Assembly (NCBI GenBank): GCA_043228905.1
Contig: JBHGNT010000004.1
Coordinates: 9,238,001 to 9,302,000 of the forward strand
Direction: 5' to 3'
Length of the DNA: 64,000 nt
Origin: Azolla caroliniana
Lineage: Eukaryota > Plantae > Polypodiophyta
The position numbers and the translations under genes are program-made. The stretch's first letter is position 1. Every line of letters starts with the position of its first letter. Under the pieces are notes generated by a model, which had not been told where the DNA came from, made no database searches, and saw only the letters and a list, made by a program, of their open reading frames with translations. Positions 23,441 to 33,972 of this stretch are shown piece after piece.

Positions 23441-25525
23441 ATGCAATTTGCATTTTCGGGTGAAAGAACACAAGATGCTGGTGCCTTTTTGGCATGCTTT
23501 GAGCATCATGCCATATCTATTGGACGCATCACCGACAACGAAAAGTTGCCCTTGTTGGTAGCTACATTCTATGGTCGTGCTCGAGATTGGTATGACTCTC
23601 TTCCGCAAAATGAACAAGGAGAATATCAATTATTGGTGCATCAATTTCGTACAAGATATATTCAATGGAAAAGTGCAACTGAGGTAAGGGAGGAGCTTTT
23701 TCAACTAAAGATGGAATCACCTTTTGGTTTTTTAGAGTATGAACGAAATTTCCAAGAATTGTGGACGACGTGGATTCGTCTTCGTGGTGGCACCGAAGAC
23801 GAGTGGTTTAAGATAGAACAATTTAAGGTGGGCCTTGATATGCATTTCCGTTTGGAGGCAAGCTTGAAGGATCCAACGACTTTTCAAGCTCTTCTCCAAG
23901 TTTGTCAAGATTATGATCGACAAGTGAAGATGATGAGTTCCATGGGGGATCCCCAAATGACGGCTTTGGGTGCAAATTTGATGCCTCGTGCCAACTTTCA
24001 AGCCTCATCTTCAATTGTGCATGGGGGACAAGTGTTTCCAAATGTGTATACCACCACAACAATAAACCCAACAAGTATATCCCAAGAAGTTGAACAAGTG
24101 AAGAGTGAACAAGATACAATGGCGTTGGTGAATCGGCGCTTTGATGAAGTGATGGCCCACTTGCAACAATCCCAAGCAATTCGCAACACTATTCCCGATG
24201 GTGGTGGCTCTAGAGGGCATCAAGGTGTAATTTGTTATTCTTGTCAAGAGGAGAGACACATCTCAACAAGATGTCCTCATCGACAACAAAGAGGTATGGA
24301 AAGAGACATGTATGAAGTGCAACGGAATGGACAACGACCTATCAACAATGGAGTCGAAGGAGGCGAATCCATAACACTTCCAATGACTCAGGTTCCTACA
24401 ATTCCTCATAATGTGAATCTTCTTAATTTTATTGATGATAGTGATAGTGCTTGTGAAGTAGCTCTTGTGAAAAGGACAAGAGCCTCGCAAAAGGAGAAAG
24501 AAGTTGAAGGAGAATCTAGTGACTCAAGACAAAAGAAGAAGTCTAAGGAGAATGAGAAAGAGGACAAATTGAGAAGGAGACACTCTAGAAGGAAGATAAA
24601 GATGGAGGATATTCCTATGGGAGAAGGTGTAGAATCTTTCAATCGGAAGCATGAATTGATATCGAGTGGACCAAGGATAACATGGCCGCAACTTCTCCAA
24701 TTATCATCCACATTACAAAATGAGTGGGGGAGGCTTGTGAGTATTTGCCAAAGTCAAAAGACCGTGCATTACGTGGGGATCATGCGAGTAGAAGATCGAA
24801 AGGACATACGTCCAATCATCCCTGTCTCCATCAAAGGGGTTCACATCAAAGATGCCTTGGGTGATAGTGGTGCTAGGGTAAGCTTGATTTCTGAATTTGT
24901 AGTAAACAAAGTAGGAATTCCTATTAGTAGGTCATCTTCAACAAGGGTGGTTGTAGTAGATAGTGGAGTGGTGCATTGCACAAGCATAGTGGAGGATGTG
25001 TTCATCAAGTGTTTTGGAATAAGAGGAGAAGCTTGCAACAAATACCACATCAACTTGAAGGAAAGTGTATCAATTTCCCCAAAGCTTCGGCAATTGAGTG
25101 TTGAACAAAAGGAAGAATTTATGCAAGAGTTCAACGCATGGTTACAAGAAAGTTCCAATTATAAGATGGAAGATTTGAGGTGTGTGTCACCTATAGTTTT
25201 GGTTCCAAAGAAGAATGAGATCAATTTCAAAGCCTTGAATGATTCGACCAAACGAGATGAATTTTCACTTCCTTCTCGAGATGAGATTGTCGATAAAATG
25301 GTTGTTTATACAAAACAAGGTAGTGTGGACAATATGTTGTGCCAAAAAGGATTTCATGTGGATGATTCAAAGATTAACATAATTACAAAGATGACAATTC
25401 CGACAAGTCTTGAAGCTTTGAAAGTATTTGTGCAAAAGGTGCGCTCGCTCGAAAGATTCATTTATATGTTGACATGCTTACTGCTATCAAGAGTGATGTA
25501 TCCCATGGCCCTACTAGTCTTTTGA
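23441..25525 (+). CDS. Second identical copy of the Gag-PR-truncated RT ORF
   Basis: Translation identical to 20245..22329 in the ORF track. Confidence 0.85.
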   Translation: MQFAFSGERTQDAGAFLACFEHHAISIGRITDNEKLPLLVATFYGRARDWYDSLPQNEQGEYQLLVHQFRTRYIQWKSATEVREELFQLKMESPFGFLEYERNFQELWTTWIRLRGGTEDEWFKIEQFKVGLDMHFRLEASLKDPTTFQALLQVCQDYDRQVKMMSSMGDPQMTALGANLMPRANFQASSSIVHGGQVFPNVYTTTTINPTSISQEVEQVKSEQDTMALVNRRFDEVMAHLQQSQAIRNTIPDGGGSRGHQGVICYSCQEERHISTRCPHRQQRGMERDMYEVQRNGQRPINNGVEGGESITLPMTQVPTIPHNVNLLNFIDDSDSACEVALVKRTRASQKEKEVEGESSDSRQKKKSKENEKEDKLRRRHSRRKIKMEDIPMGEGVESFNRKHELISSGPRITWPQLLQLSSTLQNEWGRLVSICQSQKTVHYVGIMRVEDRKDIRPIIPVSIKGVHIKDALGDSGARVSLISEFVVNKVGIPISRSSSTRVVVVDSGVVHCTSIVEDVFIKCFGIRGEACNKYHINLKESVSISPKLRQLSVEQKEEFMQEFNAWLQESSNYKMEDLRCVSPIVLVPKKNEINFKALNDSTKRDEFSLPSRDEIVDKMVVYTKQGSVDNMLCQKGFHVDDSKINIITKMTIPTSLEALKVFVQKVRSLERFIYMLTCLLLSRVMYPMALLVF

Positions 25526-25803
25526 GCGTTAACGAAGACATAATGATTGTGGTAACCTCTTTCTTTGTGTTGACAAGGAGAAAGATGATGATGGAATTGT
25601 CAATGTGTGTGTGGGTGTGTCTAGGAGTGTGAGGTTTTTCCTACCGACTAGCGGGGGTTTTACTCACATAGTTTGTTTCTTTTTATTATATCTCTCTCAT
25701 TGTCTATAGCCAAGAGATTGGCGAGAGAGCTTTTGTTTGTTAAGTACTGCCAATAAGTGCTTCGCCATAAATGGCTTAGCCTCTAACAAGGGGGAGGGCT
25801 AAA

Positions 25804-26549
25804 TGTGAAAGTGTTTTTAGAATCTAAGCCATTGAACATTAGGAGAATATAAAGTATAGATAATTCACCTTTTGAGGATAAGAACACGAACTAAGACCTT
25901 AGGGAAGAAGTCAAAAGTAAAAGTACGAGACCAAGAGAAAAGTAAAAAGAGAAAACGCAGACTATAAAAAACAGTAAAAATAGAATGGTCATAACTCCCT
26001 CGTTGTTTATCCAACTATCACGTTTAAATATGGATTAGAAAGCTTGTAAAAAGAGCTTTCTATAGCTTTTTAAATCGCTTAATTTGGATTTCGGATGAGG
26101 GAGATATGACGATTAGAAGGTTGATGTGTCATAGCTAAAAATAGGGAGATAAAAAGCTTCTAAAAATAGCATGAACGTGGATAAGAAGAGGAAGGTTATA
26201 AAAGAAGAAGTAATATGAGTGAGAGGGGGAAAGAGTGAAGGCCAAAGAGTGGATGAGGAGTGTTAGGAAGAAGTGTCTTTGTGGAAGAGGAAGTGTCTTA
26301 GAAGAGGAAGGTCTTTGGTTTTAGTTCAATGTGGAGTTTGTCTCCTTTGTATTCTCTTGATGTTGGAATATCAGAACATTCTTATTTCTTGCTCGCTTTC
26401 TCTATCTTTTTTCTTAGTTTCTTGAGTTATACTCTCTAATCATAATTACCTAGAGCTATATAATATATTATGATTTTCAACTCCATCTAATCGGTTTGGT
26501 CAAGCCCTCATATAGTGTATAACTATCTATTATCTTATACACCCTATCA
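25804..26549 (+). repeat. LTR3 of element P
   Basis: Followed by TSD TTGAG and resumption of the Copia E RT. Confidence 0.95.
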
Positions 26550-27752
26550 TTGAGGAAGTAGTGGAGCTCCTTCATGTCCATCATCTCGAATTTGTCGGAA
26601 AGGAGGGATTTGACCTTATTGATTTCGACGAGATGCTCACCTCCAATGACTAGGTCATCCATATATATGATGATGACAATTGGACTTGCGGAATCGCTTC
26701 GTATGTAAAGGGAGTTGTCTGATTTTGACATACGGAAGTCGATTTGATGAAGATATTGCGTTATCTTCGAATGCCAAGCACGCGGTGCTTGCTTGAGGCC
26801 GTAGAGTGGCTTCTTGAGTTGGCATATAACTTTTGGATGGGTGCTCGAGTTGAAGCCAGGTGGTTGTATCATGTACACCTCCTCTTCTAATTCACCTTGT
26901 AGAAAGGCATTCTTCATGTCCATTTGATGGAGGTGCCACCCTCTCGCCGCGGCAAGCACAATTATGGTCCGAAGAGGTCTACGAGGATACATTTCTCCGA
27001 CTTCGGGTCAAGCTTTTGATGCTTCTCATCGGGAATGTGCACGTATGCTATTGCGCCAAAATATCTGGGTGTGTGATAAGTCCGGCTTCTTTCCGAAGTA
27101 TTTTTCGCCAGATGTTGTGCACCGGTTCATTAGGTAGACGACCGTATTTGCAGCTTCGACCCAATATGACTTGGGCATATGCTTCTCGTTCATCATGGCC
27201 CGTGCTACTTCGAGGATGTGCCGATTTTTGCGCTCGGCTACTCCGTTTTGTTGCGGAGTGTGTCGGCAAGTGAATTCTCGCCGAATTCCTTCCTTTCGGA
27301 GATACGCCGTGAAATCGTCTAAGAAGTACTCCTTGCCGCCATTCGATCGAAGGCATCGTAATGTCGGCCCGTGGCTTTCTCGACTTCATTCTTGAAATTT
27401 TAGAAGTGTCCGAACACTTCGCTCTTTTGCCGCCTCGGGTAGATCCAAGTGTGCCTAGAAAAGTCGTCGATGAAGAGCACGTAATATCGGCATCCGCCGA
27501 ATGTAGCCGTCTGCGCCGGTCCCCATACGACGAAATGGACTATGTTGAGTAGACCTTTGCTCACGTTCCTCTCTTTCGGGAATGGGTGTCGGTGTTGCTT
27601 GCCGAATTGGCACGCTTCGCATACACCTTCAATCTCCTTCTCTTTGAATGTTGGGAGTCCGATGACGAATCCTTTCGATTTCATTGCTTTGAGCTTTAGG
27701 AGATTTATATGTCCAATCCGCTTGTGCCATAACTCTATGTCAGAGTCAGCTT

Positions 27753-29220
27753 TCATGCCCTTTGCGAACATGGCCGATTCATCTCGTGTGAGTCGAGAAT
27801 GAACATTCGCCCCTCTCTTCGTCCGCGTGCGAAGAGTCGGCCCTCTTTTTCAATGAAGCAACAGCCTTGATTAAATCGAACTTGCATCCCTTGCTCTACA
27901 ATTTGGCCGACGGAGACCAAATTCTTTGTAATGGTTGGTACATGCAAAACATTTTTAATGTAATTTTGCTTACCTTCTTTTCCGAACGGAACATTGCCGA
28001 TGTGCCAAATCGGGTGTGTACTGTCGTCTCCGGTTTCGACATAGCCGGGTCGGTCCAACTCTCGAAGTTCTCGGAACCATTCTTGATGCAATGTCATATG
28101 GTTCGAGGCACCGGAAACGACGAACCATACGTCTTCTAGACCGGAGGCACTAGTTGAGGTAGAGGCCGACATAGAGTTTGCTCTATGTTTCATCATGAAC
28201 ATTCCGCCACGGTCGGAGTTGTGTGCATACATTCCGCCATGATCTTCGTAGTTGGAGTTGTGCCCGTACATTCCGCCACGGTCGGAGTTGTGTGCATACA
28301 TTCCGCCACGATCTTCGTAGTTGGAGTTGTGCACGTAATTCGTGAGTTGTCGGCTTGTGGAAGCCGATTCACGCATCTTCTTTTGGCACTCTTCTTCATG
28401 GTGGCCAAGCTTTCCGCAATATCCACATTCGGTTGCGTTTTGACGGTTCGGGCCCGAGTGAAAGCTCCCCCTTCTTGCGAAGGTTCCTCGTTGGCTTCCA
28501 TTTTGCGGCCAAAATTGGGAGTTGTTATCGTAGGTCGGACCTCGTCCACCTTGTCCTTGGCCGAATCGGCCTCTCGACCATCCGCGTCCTCTTCCTCCAT
28601 TCGAGTGCGTGTAGAGCATGTGGCCTTCCGACTCATTGCTCCTTGTACGCACGTGGTTTTCTTCGACCAATAGCATTGATTGGAGCTCAAAGAAGGAGGG
28701 AGATTTCTCCCATGCCAGAACGGCGGTTCGCATTGCGCCGAACCGTGGTGCGAAGCCGCCGAGGCATATTTGAACCATCTCATCATCATCGATATTTATG
28801 GTTATTGAGCCGAGCCAATCGCAAAGCTCCTTGATCTTCGAGGTGTATGTCGTAATGGACATGTCCCTTTGTTGAATGTTGTTCAACTCTTGGCGGAGTT
28901 GAAGCTTCCTCGCGGTCGTGTTGGCGGCGAAAATCTTTCGTAGATTTTCCCATGCCTCCTTTGGCGTCTTGGCTTCGCGAATGTAGCCGAGCATGTGATC
29001 GTGAACACATGTCGCCAAGCAATCCATCACGCGGCTTGCGGCTTGCTCCCATGTCACGTATCCAGGAGCCGCTTCCGCGGGTCGGTCTTCATGTGCTGCT
29101 TTGATGTAGCTTCAATAGCCTTGTCCGACAAGGTATTGGTGCATCTTGTACTCCCAAGATGCGAAGTTGTTTCGATCCAACTTCTCGGTATGGAGAGCAC
29201 TCCCCATTTGAGTATTCATT
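27753..29220 (-). pseudogene. Copia E gag-protease
   Basis: ORF 27753..29057 has a UBN2-like gag, CGYCGKLGHHEEEC knuckle and degenerate protease WFVVSGASNHM; 69-bp tandem repeat (2 copies) at 28199-28335. Confidence 0.85.
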
Positions 29221-32200
29221 ATGTCGATTCTTCTTCTTCTTCTTCTTCTCTCTTCGAATGCAAGCTATGTAGCGAAGCTACGATAGCGATGAGCCGGTTA
29301 TTGGTCGTCGGCGTGGAGCACAACACACGATCACGATGAGGTGAATGGGCTAGATCGAGCTACCAAATTGCTCTGATACCAATGTAAAGAATCGGATATG
29401 ATTCTTGTGAAGCGGAAGAGATATGAGTTATGTGCGTGTATGAGAGAGAGAGACAAGGAATAAGACACAGAGAATACGCAAGGTAAAAGTATATTAACAA
29501 AGGAGAAGACTGAACCTCATACAAGGTGGGAGGAGGGTGCTTTATATAGTCACCCTCTCTCTTCATTAACTACAAGACTCGTGGAGCATGGGGAATGTGA
29601 AAGCTGATAAGTTATGTGTCATAGAATATGATTCTATGACTCATACTAAATGCTAGAATACAAAATGGTGACTTAATGGTGACTCTTGACCGTTGGAGTG
29701 TCTATTCACTCTCAAGGTGAGTTCACACACTAGACCAAGTTGAGCTTGATTCTCAATAGGGATGTACTCATGTAGAACTTTGTTCATTGCATTCATCATA
29801 TGAGCAACTGAATCTGTCGCACCTTGAGGTAGAGTGCACATTCGAACCAATCCAATTGTTGTTTTCATTGTTGTGATATTGCGACTATCAATTGCTAGCT
29901 GAAATTGGTCATATCTTGAATATAGGTCTCCCATAGAGTAAATAGCTCTCCCAACAAAAGCTTCTAAAAATTCATCAACGATCAGTCCAATTCCTTCATT
30001 TGAGATTGTGACTTTGTTGATTGGTTGTAGATCTTGAATAAATCTTAGAGAGCCATCTTTCTTTGGAACAGTGAACCAACAGTTGGAATGTTGTGCGTTG
30101 GAAGGCTCTAAAATCTTTATCTTGACTTAATCCTTTAGCAGCTCCAACAACTGAAGCAATCGAGCTCTCCGTACTGCAATAGGTTTAAAATTCCAAGGAA
30201 TATGAGGGATAGTAAATATTACCATTGGCATCACCACGTTTGGATCTACACAACCAATCTCCTCATATTTGAATGCAAACGTTTTTGCATGCCTAAAGAT
30301 CATTTCTTTGAAAGTCGAGATATCTGATTGTAGAAGAAATTCATCCCCTCCAATTCTCAAGTTATTTATTGTCTCCGAAGTGAAGTGATGTCCGATCTTA
30401 TGTATTAGTCGAAGCATAGGCTCGGTTATTGTTGCCTTCATCTTCTCTTCGTTACCAATAGGTAATGGTACTGCAACAGGTTTGACCTTTTTATCTAATG
30501 TTTTGTATTTTTTATTACATAAACTTTCTACTTCTTCATATTTACAATTATACCTATCAATCTCGTATTACATATCAATTGAGTTTACATGTATCTTTTT
30601 AACACTCTCATCATCCTCTTTCAAATACATTTCTAACTCTTCTATAGTATTTGCAAAAGAAATTTCTTCCATAACACTTTGAATCTGCTCTTCCATTTCA
30701 AGTACTCCATTACCTTTCAATGCTTGTTGAAACAAATTAGCATTCTTTTTCAAGTTCCTCTTGTAGTCCTACATCATAGTCACACATATAGCACCACTTT
30801 CAGAAACATGAAATGACTTATTCATATGTTGTAATGCCCCACATCAAGGTCTTTTAATAATGGGACTATTGCAACCCTCATTTGCAACAGTCCTAGTCAA
30901 AAACCTAATTATTAAAATTGTCAGAGTCTTTCGGTATCGAATGATCACGAAGCTCTTGCTTGTTCCTCTCATGATTTGGGTGAAATGTCATAAACTATTC
31001 CGTTCGTCATCCATCTTGGTTGCGGATCTTTGCATAGGCAGAACCATTGTCGAGGACTTTGGTCTCCATCCGTACCATTGCGATGTATGGTTGCCCCAAG
31101 ATTATTGGATAGGTAGATCCTTCTTGCACAAAGAAATGTTGATCTACCTCTATATCACCAATAATAACCTTTACATTTGGGCATGCACCAAATAAATCTT
31201 CACTGACTGATGTGGCTGCTTTTACTCACCAACCATGCTGAGTATACATTAGCCATCTACCTTTCTTGTAAAAATTAGCACTCATTATAATTATTTCAAA
31301 ACCATGATCAATAAGTGCCATCATCGGGTCTGGAACATTTCCAATCTTCACATGATGCTAAGTAGTGGCTCTTGCGCAACATTTGTGAGAGTAGTGCCTT
31401 CTTGTATATGTTGAACTTATCATTGAGGTTGATGCATGCTGAGAGTCAACAATGATATTGTTTGACTCGTTGCTCACCATTTCATATCCACCCTTGGATT
31501 TGTCTCTTTAACCTGCTCATTTACTTGCTTTTGTCTTCGCACAAATATCAATTATTTCATTATGAAATTCCTTTTTTGCAATACCTAATACTTCTCTTAG
31601 TGTAAATTCTACTCGACTATCTAGTATTCTTGTTTCTAAAATTTTCTTTAATCTGTATCCTTTTCAATATGAAACATTAATTTGAATGAAGGACCAGATT
31701 TACCTTTATCGACTTTTGCGTCCATCTCTTTTTTCTTTTGCTTTCTCTTGTTTAATGCTTCTTTGTAAGGCCAATCTCATCATTCGGCTTTTCCTTTTTT
31801 CTTCCATTATCACTTCATGGTCTCGGTGTTTTGCCATTTGAGCATAGATTGTCATAGCATCTATCGGAACATCCCATCCAGTATTTTTCCTTACAAAATC
31901 TCTCGCAACACGAAGGTCTTCCATCTTCAGCTTTTGCTTTAGTGTGAAACTTATAACCTTCTCCCAAAGTGATGATCGACATGGCCTGTCATCAAGACAC
32001 ATTCCTGTTGTTGCCGAGTAGTACATTGCAGAAGCCTTTTTTGCTTCAACTTCTTCAAACTTAACCTTAACACCACCATCACCAAAGTTCATTGTAAGTG
32101 GACTTCTATTTTCAGTTAAGAAAATGTTACCATTTTTCCAATTGACCAAGTCTCGATTTTCAATGTCTTTATCTTCCGCACAATCACGGAATCAAAGTTC

Positions 32201-33103
32201 GAGACCATCACACCACATGCATCGAAGTCTAAATGGTTCCCTTGACCTTGAAGTCTAACCATTCTCAAGCTTTGCCACTTTAATTGTTTAATCTTTCATA
32301 CTTTGTACTAAATCATCAAGCAAAGACTCACTCTTAGTTTCGATCATTTCTCGTGGTTGATGGACCATTTTGTGTGATGGTTTTCGACCAAGTCTTTGAA
32401 CTTCAATGTTTTGCTCAAGTCGATTTGTGATTCCCACATGTCGTATTTGTAGCATTGCACCATTCCTTTGCATTCTTTTCATAAATTTATTAAAAGCATT
32501 TGTTACCCCATTCCAATTTGCAGTTATACCATCCTCGGTATTTGGTACTTCAAGCATAAATTCCAATTCTTTTCTATATCTCTTGTCAACTGCCTACAAA
32601 AATAAAGCCATATTTTACCAAGACAAAGAATTTCTTTCTTTTGGCTTTAATTGTCCATACAATCTATCAAACTCTTTTTTCATGTCAACTACAGCTAATG
32701 CTTTATTTTCTTTTATGTCAACTACAGATAGTAACGCGAGAGAAATCTTCACGGTGTCGTGAAGATTTTCGGCTATGGTGTGAAAATTACATAAGACGTA
32801 CGAAATCAAGTGTCAATCATATAAAACAATAATATTGAATATACTGATTCTAAGTAAGTTTAATATCTTAGTACAAAAGACGAAGATCTTGAAGAGATGC
32901 ACTTTACTACATAAGAAACAGACATCTAAGTGACAAGTTATGTGGTAGTGAAGTATGAGAAGGAAGAAGAGAAAAATAAAACTGTGAGATATCCCACAAC
33001 TAAGCTATTGGATGAATGGGTGTGGCCTAGCTACTTGCAAAGGTTTTGCCCAACCAAAACCGGACCGACAACGTAACCGGGACCCGGTGACCGAACAGTA
33101 ACC

Positions 33104-33972
33104 AACATCCGGCAATGGAACCGGCATCCAACGACCAAATGGTAACCGGCATCCGGCATCTAGGGACGGAACCGGGATCCGGCGACCGACGGTAACTGGA
33201 GGCATCCGGCAATCGATGATAACCGGCGGCAACCGGCATCCGACAACCGGATAGATATATAAATAAATATATATATATATGTATACACAAAGAGTGCAAG
33301 TGTGGATTCGAACCTTGCACCTCCTAGTTAAGAGTTAATAGGCTTACCACTAAGCCATAACATTTAGTTGAATTTTTATTTCTATCATTGTACTTTTACA
33401 TGTAAATTCTCATACATGAGAGCTAAAATGAGTGACATGGTTATCATGCACCACATGTAATACATGAGCGCCAAATGGCAAACATGCATTTTATGCATGT
33501 CTTGTACCCTCACATGCATCATATGCATGAGAGGGTACAACGAACATCCGGCAATGGAACCGGCATCCAACGAGCAAATGGTAACCGGCATCCGGCATCT
33601 AGCGACGGAACCGGGATCCGGCGACCGACGGTAACTGGAGGCATCCGGCAATCGATGATAACCGGCGGCAACCGGCATCCGACAACCGGATAGATATATA
33701 AATAAATATATATATATATGTATACACAAAGAGTGCAAGTGTGGATTCGAACCTTGCACCTCCTAGTTAAGAGTTAATAGGCTTACCACTAAGCCATAAC
33801 ATTTAGTTGAATTTTTATTTCTATCATTGTACTTTTACATGTAAATTCTCATACATGAGAGCTAAAATGAGTGACATGGTTATCATGCACCACATGTAAT
33901 ACATGAGCGCCAAATGGCAAACATGCATTTTATGCATGTCTTGTACCCTCACATGCATCATATGCATGAGAG
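33104..33972. repeat. Tandem duplication (period 439 bp) inside the LTR of F
   Basis: 33104-33533 repeated at 33543-33972 with a 9-nt junction GGTACAACG. Confidence 0.92.
33294..33363 (-). promoter_or_regulatory. tRNA-derived module with consensus A and B boxes in the LTR of F (second copy 33733-33802)
   Basis: Minus strand TGGCTTAGTGG TAAGCC TATTAACTCTTAACTAGGAGGTGCAA GGTTCGAATCC. Confidence 0.72.

Larger units (their letters stand above)
19412..26549 (+). mobile_element. Young non-autonomous Ty3-derived element P in tandem: LTR-ORF-LTR-ORF-LTR, period 3196 bp
   Basis: Three 746-bp LTRs and two internal units giving identical translations; perfect TSD TTGAG at 19407-19411 and 26550-26554. 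Confidence 0.95.
17938..29758 (-). mobile_element. Ty1/Copia element E, interrupted in RT by element P; integrase C-terminus to RT N-terminus deleted at about 26975
   Basis: LTRs 17938-18306 and 29383-29758; perfect TSD GGGAT; iMet PBS 29370-29381; PPT 18307-18318; RT/RNase H ORF 18536..19345. Confidence 0.94.

Noticed and set aside
20245-25525. 703-aa ORF pair as a duplicated host gene
   Set aside because: Bounded by LTRs, PBS, PPT and a TSD inside another transposon; clearly a mobile element.
33294-33363. tRNA-like segments as functional tRNA genes
   Set aside because: Acceptor and anticodon stems mostly do not pair and all copies lie inside LTRs; reported as tRNA-derived modules instead.
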